Positions 53,101 through 64,000 of a stretch of DNA of 64,000 nt are shown one piece after another. The notes below the pieces were generated by a model. The model saw only the letters and a list, made by a program, of their open reading frames with translations, was not told the DNA's origin and ran no database searches. Positions within the stretch are counted from its first letter, which is position 1. The number at the start of each line of letters is the position of its first letter. This DNA is from Ginglymostoma cirratum (taxonomy: Eukaryota): contig JAHRHZ010000085.1 in assembly GCA_024137785.1 (NCBI GenBank), positions 13,723,272 to 13,787,271 of the forward strand. The letters are read 5' to 3'. The translations under genes were made by a program, and so were the position numbers.

Positions 53101-56100
53101 ATCATTGCTGGCACTCATGAAAGCTAAAGTAGCATGAAGCTGATTATCCAACCAGAGCTATGCTATTCTTCACTGGTAATTCTTGCCCAGAAGTCCATCA
53201 AAACGTCAAATGGAAGCAGGTAATCTCCACAGGCTCCACAAATGGCTGCTCCAGATTTTTCTGATGTTGAACTGAATATTACTCCCTTGGGCTCACTAAA
53301 AGTTTTTGACATCCAGACAAATGACAATAACAAGGTTTCACCTCAGCACAGTCTGGTCTTCCTCTAGGAAACAGTCAAGATGAATCACTCTGCAATAAAG
53401 ATGAGAACTCCACGCCAGCAGCTCTTCATAACGCCTATCCCTGATGTTTTTAAAGAATGTCATTAAGCTGAGGATTGTGAGGTGGCTTCAATCACGTGAG
53501 CTAGACTGAACGGCACGAATTTTTAAGAAACTGGATAAGCTTTTGTAATTAAGGGCCAAAAGAGTGTGTCTTGGGGTTTTATAGCTAGTCTACATTGGTG
53601 GAATTGCCTCCCTTTCTTAGCATTCCAAACTAGGAACATGAACAATGGATTTAATAATTGACCTTCCCAGCAATGCACTCTGCTGAGTTGTGAGCTTTCA
53701 CCAACGCCTGGTAATACTTGATTACAAGTATCTGGACACTTGTGAAACACAAGACTCCAAATCTCTCTCCCATTCAACAGACTCTATTCAGAGTCCAATA
53801 TGGTTTATAGATGTATGATATTAGACCATGCTAAGTACATAAAGCTAGATTTACCTACATCAAATGTGATCTACCAAAGCTAAACTCATTCCTCATAATG
53901 GAGCTAGATCAGACTGCAATCTTTTGACCTCTTCTTCAGATCGAATACCAGTACAAATCTCGACACCATCCATAAGTTTGTTGATAGTTCCTCTGAGCCC
54001 TTTATACAGATCATTTATATGGATAGAGAGGAGCTGACTGTGTACATAACCAATCCTCTGATGTGTGATAGCTGACTGCTAGATTAACATGTTACAACAC
54101 CTACCCAAGCTCTATTGTACCATGACATTCGAGTCAACATTGTTAAAATGATAAATTAATGAAATAAAAAAAGACTTTGTTAATACAGCTTACCCTACCA
54201 TTGCATGTGGTTGAACGGTATTTTGAATGCAGACCTCCTCCTTTCCCCTCCTATGTATGATCAGTCAACAATATTCTGTTTATACAGTTTGCTTTTCAAT
54301 TTCCAAGTTTGTACAGTTAAGTTTGGATGATTTTCATCCTTACATCAATGCAACTTCCACCATCTCCAGAAAGAAAATGGCTTTATGGGAGGGGGTGGCA
54401 GGGAGGCAGTGTTTTGAATCTACCCACCAAGTAGGAGACTGACAGGGTTAAATCCACTACTTGTTTTACACCCTGCCCTGGCGTTTCCTTACCATCACCT
54501 TCAAATTGATCCCATTGCCTCATTAGGGAGTTCAGGTTCACATGATCACTCCCATGATAATTAAACCAAACAAGGTTCCTTCAAAAAGTACCTTGTATTC
54601 ATGAGCTTATCATTAGAAATGGAATTTGCACAATTCTGAGTAAATTTTGACACAGCTGCAGTTCTGAATCCAGTTAAGTTAGTTAAGAAAGAATATAAAG
54701 AGAAGGTATGATGATTTGGCAGCAGGATTTCAAGACCTTTGATGGCTAGTCCTTTCAAGGCCAATGACCAAGGTTACTGTCATCACTACCCATCCTGGCT
54801 ACTTTCAGGACATTCCAAACAGACAGAATATAGGCAGGGATGGGGAGTATGCTTGTAAGATTGCATGCACACAAGTTAATAACTTCTTGTCCATCTTTGC
54901 ATCAGCCGATGTGCTAGGTTTGAAATGCAACAATCTGCTAAAACCATTACACAGTCTTTCTGTCACTTTTCAGTAGGATTCAAAATCCTGACCAGCAAAT
55001 GCTTTCATGAAGTTTACAATAAGGTACTAGAGCTGTTTTGCTGTTAATACTAAATACTTGAGAAACATGGACTATCCTTCAGGTGTCTATGAGCCAGATT
55101 GTTATAAATAGTTTGAATGCTTGATCCCAATTGACTCTTCCATGTCATAAAGACGTAATGCTGAATTGTAACTTCACTACAACCCTAACTGTCTTTCAGA
55201 GATGGGGCAAGAAACATTGTATCTGAATTGAAATACTTGATGTCAAATTTTCAGTGGGATGCAATTCTAGATATTGGGTTTTTCATTAAAGAAACAGTCT
55301 GGAAAAATCTCGTACACTTTGTTTTTGACCAGCACAGACTTGATGGGCTAAAGGGCCTTTTGCTGCGCTGAGGACCTCTTTGACTATGTGTCAGAAACAC
55401 TACTCCGTACAGCAAAATGCTGTGAAGGTGGAGGCTCTGTACCATCGAGGGCTCTCTAGTTAAATATAGCTGCATAACATTCTAAAACTGAACTTCCAAG
55501 CTCGAGGTTCAGATTTCTCAGCCAAAAGCAGTGAACTGCTTTGGTACTATGGCTGGTTTGGAGGGGGGTTAAATCTCTTATGGTTTTCTCAAGTGGTGCT
55601 TTAAAATTCATTGGAACATTTCCCTTGGGAGCGTTTTCAGAACAGGATGATGGAATAGAGAGAGTGGATCAGAAGTGGGTCAGAATGACAGGAAGACAAA
55701 TCAAATGCGAAATTCTGAAACTATTGCATACTTCAAACAAAAACATCTTAAAACATCCGTGGTCAATAAGTGAGGGTCAATCTACTCCACTCATCTGCAG
55801 TTTTCCTGAAGATATTGGACACTGCAGTCAGGTCTACATTACATCAAGGAGACCTAATGGAAATAAACTGTACAAAGTATCTAGCACTGGCTCACCTAAT
55901 AGCTGTGAATAAAACATTCAAAGCACTTTCATCCAACAAGGGGACAAGACTGATTGTGAATGCTGTGAAAATCAATAGGGCAGATAAAATCAATAAACAC
56001 AGGAAGATTGAACAGTACACTTTCTCATGAGAGAAAATGTAACTTACAGGAGCGCTAGAAATCTCACCCGATGGATTACTGTTAAGATGCCATTTGCCAC

Positions 56101-56914
56101 TGCAGTCAGAAGCTCAGGACTGCACTGACTGTGTTAGGTGCTGATGGTGACGAGGGGGCAGTTACTCAAGCAATGTATTTGCTGGAACGATCATGGAAAT
56201 CCAAAGTCTTGAAATCTACGTGTCCATAAGTAGCAAGCTTTTTGAATGAACTCCAAGTGCCTCAGTATTCACTAACGCTTGTACTGAACCAGGAAAATAG
56301 ATTACTATGAAAGATTGTTCTTCTTTTTGTAGAATTACAAATGCTCCAAAGTAAAAATTGTGCCATTTGGTACAATGGCCCAGTCTGCTCATAAATCTGA
56401 ATGAACGGAAATTCTAAATGCTTCTGCTGACTTCTGATGAGCCTATGCCAATGTTGGGCAAGTCTGTTTCCCATTGTCAGTCATTTGTAAACCCGGGATA
56501 ACCTGAAACCGTGGAATCCTAATATACCAAGTTCTGTTTGCCTCTAGTCCTTGTGCTTGCTGAGCTGCAGTGGTATCCAGAACTTCAATATCTCAGACTT
56601 ATCTCACTTCAACCTTTAACAGGGCCACTATTTGTCAAAGATTCTCGATGGCTTCAGAAACAGTTAGCAACACAAATTCTTTCAAAGTCAAACCATCTGG
56701 AATAACTCATTAGTAAGTTGCATCAACTATTAACTTAATGCTAGGATCTGTATTCTATCAAGTAGCCTCTAAACATCATTAACTTGAACTGATTCAGACC
56801 CACAACAGTTCAGTTCCTTTATGAAAATAAATATTTTTCCAAAAATGGTGGATCATTAAAGTGAAGAAGTTGGCTCAATGAACAAAAGCCTATGTGACAG
56901 CCTTGTACTTATTT

Positions 56915-58620
56915 TGCATCCTTAATGTGACGAAAACTCTCTCGGTGCTTCATCAAAACAAAAATTTGAAATTGAGCCACAAAAAAAATGATATCAGGAC
57001 TGGGGACCAAGCGGCTTAAAGGAGGGTGAAGAGAGAGTTGGAGTCAATGGAACGGCTTTGTGAGGGAATTGCAGGGCGACAGGCAAAGCACAGCAGTATA
57101 GTTTGCTCCCTGTCAGGCATTCACACCCAAACCAAAGTGGCACAGTGAGTGGTGCCCACTGCCTGCATCTTCAATGCCTTTAATATAAGAAAGAAGGTGA
57201 ATCACTGAAGAGTAGTTCGACAATTTGGCATTGAGCCAATGACAATAACCTGTCTAATGTTTTCACTTGGTTCAGTGTCAATTTTTGTCTAATCACAACT
57301 CTGTTCTGTCAACTCTTCCCAAATTAAGCTTAACAAAACAAAGTAGAATTTCTCCACGATCTTAAAGGGAGACCGTGTGCCTTAGAGCAAAGAGGTTCAG
57401 AGAAAGAGCACTCCAGAATTTAGGGCATGGAAGGCCTGTATTGAGAGCAGCCAATGTTGGAACATAGAGAATTTGGGATTAGGTGTGATCAATGGCTAGG
57501 GTTGGGGAATTGTAGAGATCAAAGTGTTGTTGAGTTGGGGAATTTTAGACTGGTGAGGAGTAATGATTTGAATGAGGATGAGCATTTTAAATCTGAGATA
57601 TAGATGTCTTGGTTACCACTGTAGCTTAGCAAGGAGTAGAGGCAAGCAGAACTTGATGTGTTAAAATTCCACAGTTTCAGATTATCCCAGATTTACAAAT
57701 GATTAAAGATGGGAAACAGACTTGCCCAACATTGGAATAGGCTCATCAGAAGTTAACAGAAGCAAGGATAAGGGTCTCAGCAATAGCTGTGTTTAAGCTC
57801 AAGTCATACTTTGTGTTTATGACTGAAAATCACATTACTCACAAGGTTTGAATCACACCCTGCTAAACAGACAGAGTTCACAGATCTGATTCAGGGTCCA
57901 AGCACTAAAAGTGCAGAAAGATAGGTAATAGATACATGCCTTAGGGGCAATAAGTTGAAGGGCTTGGAGAAAATGGGAGACTGAAATGGGGACACCTGTT
58001 TGCAAGGACAGTAGCAAATGCTGTAATTTCAAGGGAAGATGACAATGGCTGTTTTAAAAGTCTTTCAGGAAAGAGAACAATTGATGAAAAGTGAACATTT
58101 CACAATCTCCTTCAGATGTTCCAGAGTCCTTTACAGCCAACGAAGTACTTTTGAACATTAGTTACTTTTATCATGCACTTTTAATAGAATCCAAGAAGAG
58201 AATTTGGGATTAAGGTCAAGGGAGCAGGAGTTGTGTCTCATTGATGAGCTTGAACTCAGACACAGATGGGAGGCAGAACAACAGAAGAAAATGGGTTCAG
58301 AACTAGATGCAGGAAAGAATACGTGAGGCAGCTGAATAGATGGTCCCAACCTAGTGTCAAGATAGATAACTAGGAGGAGGGCAACACAGAAAGGTTCATA
58401 ACAACATGCTATTGGTAGAGAAAAGACTATGGGTATTCAACTAAATCTATTTCGCAGAAAGCTTTAAATATGTTCATACCTTTGGTGATGGAAGAATACT
58501 GTATTCCCAATGATCACACCCAAGTTACAATGATGGCTGTGCTGGAGACATACAGCATTGACAGCTGCACTTACAGTTTTGCTTGACAAATATAACTGTT
58601 GATAGGTGATAGATATTAAT
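56915..58620 (-). mobile_element. Decayed L2-like LINE fragments
   Basis: aaaacaaaaatttgaaattgagccac...ttaaaggagg...gagggaattgcaggg and gaggatgagcattttaaatctgag resemble the reverse of an L2 3' region. Confidence 0.5.
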
Positions 58621-60689
58621 GGAACTAATTCTTTAATTCTATATTGTTACCACACCAACCATAATATCTCACATTTCCTTGAGCAGGATCTGCTCCTTTA
58701 AACAGATGTTTACTCAAAGCACTCATTAACAAGTTTTCACTGCAAGCTAATCCACCCAGCCTTCGAAAACTGGTGTTAACTTTAAATCCTTCTTTCAACA
58801 AAATTGAAGCTAACTTTTGCATCCAAAACTTCTTGGCTAATGACTAGTTTTGAAGAAACAGCAGCATGGGCATTGCATAGTGCAATGACAAATTAAACTC
58901 AACTTAACAACAAGTAATTTAAACCAAAAGGATTTAGTATTGAAACAGACATAATGTGAAATTTCAGACAAAGAAGGAGGGAGCCATTGCATACTGGAAC
59001 ATTCAACATTATCCTTCCAGAACTGAAAAGGAACGTGTTTTCATTCTTCGAAATAGCAGAGATCTGGAAGCACTTTCTGAACAGTTCCATTATCAACAAG
59101 AGGCTTCATTCTTCCCAATTTCATATGTCAGTTGGAATTACTGCTCATGCTTTTTTCTACTGACACAAGGCCCTTATTAGTTTGTTGGTGGCAGAATCAC
59201 ATTGTGATGGCCTGTCCCAACGAGATTGCCAAAGGAATGCCCAGGCTCCTTTGAACTGCAGCCAGTTTGGTAATTGTGGTCCAACAGATGCATCTAAACA
59301 CAAATGCCACTGCATTGCACTGCACTCTGTGCACTCTAGAAGGCAGGCAAACATCATACTTTCCATCACCATCATTACCTGCGCATCATGCTAAATGAAG
59401 CAAAATTGAAGAGTGTCTCAGCGGATTGGTTTCTCGTGATGCTGTGTCCCAGGGAGACCTTGGATTTGCAAAATAAGGTTGTTTTGACAAGGCAGATGCC
59501 AGCTGTGGCTGTCTGCCCACACCATGCTCACACCACCAACACACCAGCCCTGATAGGTGCCTGAGTGTCACCAACACTTCTGATTCCAACATGTACACAC
59601 ACCCCGGCCTAACCTGCGTCCCCATGTCCAATTGTGCCACAACACCACTGTCTCAATCATTTTGAAAGAAAAAACAAGGTGAAAGTAGCAAGGGGTATGG
59701 GCCAAAGCTGGTAAATGAAGTTGATTTACATGTCCAGGTGCACCAACCAAAACAGGCGCAAGGAACTGAGTAACCTAGTCCCATTCCTTGCACAACTAGA
59801 CCTGCTGTGTATTTTCACAGCACACCTCGCCCTGAACTGTGCAATTATGTTGTCACCCTAACGTACTGCACAAGGCAATCAGTGTTTTGTAGGTATGTGA
59901 AATACCTTTGGGAGATGGCCATCAACTTTGCTTCCATTTCAGGTTCAATCAAAACTCGCTTTTATCCACCGAGTAATGTATCCCAACATGATGTATCCTA
60001 AGAAAAGAGTAAAGGAATTTGCTTTCAACCTTAAATGCTGAATAAGCTACAAATAGAGGATTTATTTTTGCAGTACCAAACTTGCTCCCTCCAATGTTGA
60101 ATCATTTTGTTGCAAGACATTACGGCTGCTGCTGTTAGAAGCAGCTGGGCTGATGACTGTAGTCAGCCATTACAGCAGCATTGGCAATCCTGGATATAAG
60201 GTCAAAAGTGATTACTTTCGTGTGCTGATCGGAAAGGTAATTGCCAATTTGAGGGATTTTTATGTTTAGAACAAATACATTGTCAAGCCGTTAGGAGAAT
60301 GATTGATCCAAGACAGAAGTCAAATGATACTCTCAAAGATTGTTGCTGATTAATATTCAATATCTTGATGACTAATCACACAACACGGGTCCTCTATTTA
60401 TTCACAACAGCCTGTACAAATACTTAAGCACTTGTGCAATAAAATAACTGGCTGCAGTTTGCAGCCTGCTATTTTAAACTTGTTTATCAGCTAACAAGGG
60501 GTAACCATTTCGTAATAAAGCAACACTATTCTTGTGACAGATTTATTGTAATAGTTTTCTTCTTTAAACATGATATTTCACAACTATCTGCCTGAAAATC
60601 GGCCACCATTGCAAAAGTGCTGCAACCACAATTGGTGCCAAACCGAAGCACAGTAAATTGGGTTGGTTCGTGGTCTGTAATTGTGGCAT

Positions 60690-60875
60690 GTCTTTTCAGG
60701 AAAGAAGCTGCCCATCAGGACCCGAACAGATCCACGTGTGTGATTCCAATCCCATAATGCAACGGTGACTCTTAACTGACCTCAGAATTGGCCCAACATT
60801 ACAGTGCATCAGGGCAACCGGAGATGCTCAATAAATACTGGCCTTGCCAGCAACACCCACATCTTGAGAACTAAT
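60690..60875 (+). mobile_element. SINE family S 3' part
   Basis: gactcttaactgacctc...caataaatactggccttgccagcaacacccacatc. Confidence 0.6.
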
Positions 60876-61829
60876 TTAGATAATATCTGGCACAGGCTAC
60901 TGACAGCATCATCCAATGAAGAAAGAGAAATATCGGAGGAAAGGGGTGACTTGCAGCTACATGATAGTACATGCCTACGGCTTAAGCATATGACTGCTGC
61001 AATAATCTCTAAAGCAAATTGCCAGTAAGTATTTCAGTAACAAACATAGTTAAAATGTACAAAGATGGTATAAAGTTGTATGTGTACGTGTGAAAACAAG
61101 ACACTGCCACCTCCTCTTTTCAGAGCTCAGCAAGATGAGGAATGTAACAGATAAGGGATCCAATTTTGGCACTGTCAACATCATGTACTTCCAGGTCAGG
61201 CACAGCACAGGTCAAACACAGGAGAGCATTCACTCACTGCCAGCTATTGGGTCAATGGGCAGTGCACCTCTAGGTCAGCTGGCCGTGGGCTTAAGGCGAC
61301 TCAGGATGATGACTGAGGCTGGTACATCAGCTCAGCCTTGGTGGCACACTTGTTGCCTTTCAAGTGAGACCTTTAACTCCTGGTTAGGTTGGAGATACCA
61401 TGGCACTATGTTGAAGAGCAGGACAATTTTTATGCCCAGGCTGAGATTTACCTTTTACCATCTTCGCGAAATACCTAAAGCAGTAACTTAGTTTTTGCTC
61501 GAGCACAATTTAGGTGCTAAAAATAGTGACTCCATCCCAAAAGAAATTCTGAGTATGAAGTTCCATAGGTCATCCCAAGGCCATGGAGGCTGCTATATAA
61601 ATGCACATTTCCACTTGTTCCCTCGATGGGACAAGCATTTCCGATTTGCTCCATCTCTCAAATGAACCAATCAGTTCAAATTCTAAGAATTTGGTCTCAA
61701 ATTGAGACTGCTGTCAATACATGCCAAGTAAAAGCTGGAGTTTGGGAGGCAGGTCGCCTGGAAAGTTGAGTTCCAGGAGACATTTGTTCAGTCAGCTGGA
61801 ATTAAACACCAGTACCTAGAGGTGAAATT

Positions 61830-61983
61830 GATTTTTCATTCATGTAGTGAGGACGTCACTGGCCAGCCCAGCATTTATTGCCCATCCCTAACTCCCCAGA
61901 ATGCAGATAAGAGTCAACCGCACTGCTGTGGGTATGGAGGCCAGGCTGATAAGGATGGCAGTTTCTTTCCCTAAAGGACATCA
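61830..61983 (-). mobile_element. SINE family S 3' part
   Basis: cagcatttattgcccatccctaa...agagtcaacc...ttccctaaaggacat. Confidence 0.7.
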
Positions 61984-63014
61984 GTACCCCTCAAGGAGCA
62001 CGTTCAAGTTTAACTGAAGACTCAACAACAATATGTCTTCTGAAAGTCCATGGAGAACTTTGTTTTCACACAGTAGCTTGAAAGTAATTTCCAGCTTCCA
62101 CCAACTTCACCTTTCCTGGGAAACTGTGCTTGAAACAGAGTCTAGAAAGACATACCAGGGTGTTCCAATTACAAGGGTATGGACCTTAGTTAATCAAATC
62201 TTTTAAGACTGAAAGTTGGAAGGTTTGGCCAAGTAAGATCCTCAAGTGGAACGGAGTGAAGGTAAAAGCAAACACCTTTGAGGTGTAGACCAGTCAAATG
62301 GTCACTGAATGACAGAACAGGTTGAAGTGGTTAAATGGTTTTCTCCTATTCTTGTGGAATAAGGGGTGACTCTTTAACTTACAAGGTGCACTCTTCGCAC
62401 ATTATCATCCAGCATCCACACCGACCTGGATTCTGCCTCACCTCATCCCAGGAGGAAACCTCCAACAGCCATGCTTGTAAGTTAAAAAGATTTCAGAATA
62501 TCCTCACAACAACCACTATTCATCCACGCCCTCCACAAATTATAGCGATATCAGCAGTAAGTCTTCTTCCCTTAATCTTCACCTCCCTTTCTGAATCAAA
62601 TACCCTTCCATCTCCTTATTTGGAGATGTGAAACCACACAGAATGAAGAGCATTCACGAAGAAGCCATTCTGAGGGAGAACATAGCTCTTCTCATCACAA
62701 TTCTCGCTTGCGATTCATAAATTCTGAAGTTGTCTTCTCTAGCTCAATATCCACTGACAAGGTGTAAAGGCTTCGGGACAACTAGATCACAGCCCCAATT
62801 TTAAGGCCTCATGGGGCCACATGACAAGCAGTAACTGTAGAAGTCTCCCACTCAAGCCTGCTGAGCTGTGGTACATGGCTAGCAATAAAAGAGGTTGGGA
62901 GGGAAGATGCCATCAACAATAGCTCTGGACATTCATGTGATTAGAGGAGACTCTAAGGGCTCCCTGCCTCCACAATGACAATTTAAAAAGTTCAATAAAC
63001 CTCTTTGGACCTTT

Positions 63015-63226
63015 GAGATAACAAGGTGTAGAGCTGGATGAACATAGCAGGCCAATCAGCATCAGAGGAGCAGGAAAGCTGACGTTTCCGGTCGAGACCC
63101 ATCTGAAGAAGGGTCTAGGCCCGAAACGTCAGCTTTCCTGCTCCTCTGACGCTGCTTGGCCTGCTGTGTTCATCCAGCTCTACACCTTATTATTTCAGAT
63201 TCTCCAACATCTGCAGTTCCTACTAT
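63015..63226 (+). mobile_element. Complete Penelope-like fold-back element, family A, with intact hammerhead core and 14-bp TSD
   Basis: 86-bp arms (63015-63100 and 63111-63196) around a 10-nt loop. Core CTGAAGA-A-GGGTCTAGGCCC-GAAA-CGTC at 63103-63130. Direct repeat ctctttggaccttt at 63001-63014 and 63227-63240. Confidence 0.85.
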
Positions 63227-63297
63227 CTCTTTGGACCTTTACTGGCTCCAGGTTCTCTTGCTGCTAGGTTGGCCTGATGGGAATAGTAAGACTTATC

Positions 63298-63932
63298 TAC
63301 ATAAGAACTAGGAGCAGGCATAGGCAATTCAGCCCCTCGAGCCTCAACACTCTTCTTGGCCTCAACTCCATTTTCTTGCCTGCTCCCCCCAACCCTTCAA
63401 CCCATCACTAATTAAAAATCTATTTCCTCCTTAAAATTACTCAAAATGTCCTCCTTAAATGTCCCAGCATTCATTGCACTTTGCAGTAGGGAGTTCCCAC
63501 AGATTCATGACCCTTTGAGAGCAGTAATTGCTCCTCAGCTCTGTTTTAAATCTGCTACCTCTTATCCTAAAACTATATCCTCTCAGTCTAGCTCACCCAC
63601 AAGGGGGAACATTCTCTCTGCATCTACCTTGTCAATTGCCTTTAGCATCCTATGTACCGGAATTAGATCTCCTTTCATTCTTCTAAACTCCAGACAGTAC
63701 AACCTCAAACTGCTCAGTTTCTCACCACAGGACGAACCCCCTGTCTTTGGAATCAATCTAGGGAACCTCTTGTGAACTCCCTCAAATCTACAACCCTCCT
63801 CAAGGAGACCAAAATTGTATGCAATACTCCAGGTGTGGTCTCACTAAACCGTGTCTAGGTGCAGCAACACTTCCCTACTTTTAAATTCTATTCCTTGAGC
63901 AATAACTAACAAAATTTCATTTGCCTTCCCTT
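63298..63932 (-). mobile_element. CR1-clade LINE 3' fragment
   Basis: Tail acataagaactaggagcagg and sequence homologous to the 23618 and 25299 copies (caaaattgtatgcaatactccaggtgtggtctcac). Confidence 0.85.
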
Positions 63933-64000
63933 GTTCTTTGCACAGAACTCCACTCAAACCTGCAGTGAGGCCCCACTGAGGCCTGATCTACATTTTTAAT

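Noticed and set aside
56125-56150. Second RE1 (minus strand TCAGCACCTAACACAG)
   Set aside because: The right half-site has two mismatches in the critical GGACAG.
59420-59700. Possible LF-SINE-like ancient element
   Set aside because: Only a short word (ccaattgtg) and general composition support it, which is too weak to call without an alignment.
63015-63196. Hairpin as a microRNA precursor or classical MITE
   Set aside because: It is multi-copy with a 14-bp TSD, an asymmetric tail and a hammerhead core, which fits a Penelope-derived insertion better. There is no evidence for miRNA processing.

Overview
This window is eukaryotic and almost certainly vertebrate. The repeat families (CR1/HER1-type LINEs, an HE1 V-SINE, Deu-domain SINEs, Penelope-type fold-backs) point to an elasmobranch, probably a shark. 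The only supported host coding sequence is one 142-bp internal exon on the minus strand (26558-26699) that matches exon 3 of GNAO1 (G-protein alpha-o). I did not find neighbouring exons, so the rest is probably intron 3 (coordinates below 26558) and intron 2 (above 26699). Most ORFs in the track are noise or LINE remnants. The most notable non-coding signals are: (1) at least three families of short fold-back elements with minimal hammerhead-ribozyme cores, two copies of which have clean 14-bp target-site duplications; (2) a near-consensus REST/NRSF RE1 silencer with a nearby RFX-like site; (3) a ~100-bp locally templated inverted insertion that splits a SINE; (4) a ~257-bp diverged local duplication; (5) several nested TE insertions and a solo LTR. 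There is a 400-N assembly gap at 10777-11176. TE family names come from recalled consensus motifs, not a database search, and TE boundaries are approximate.
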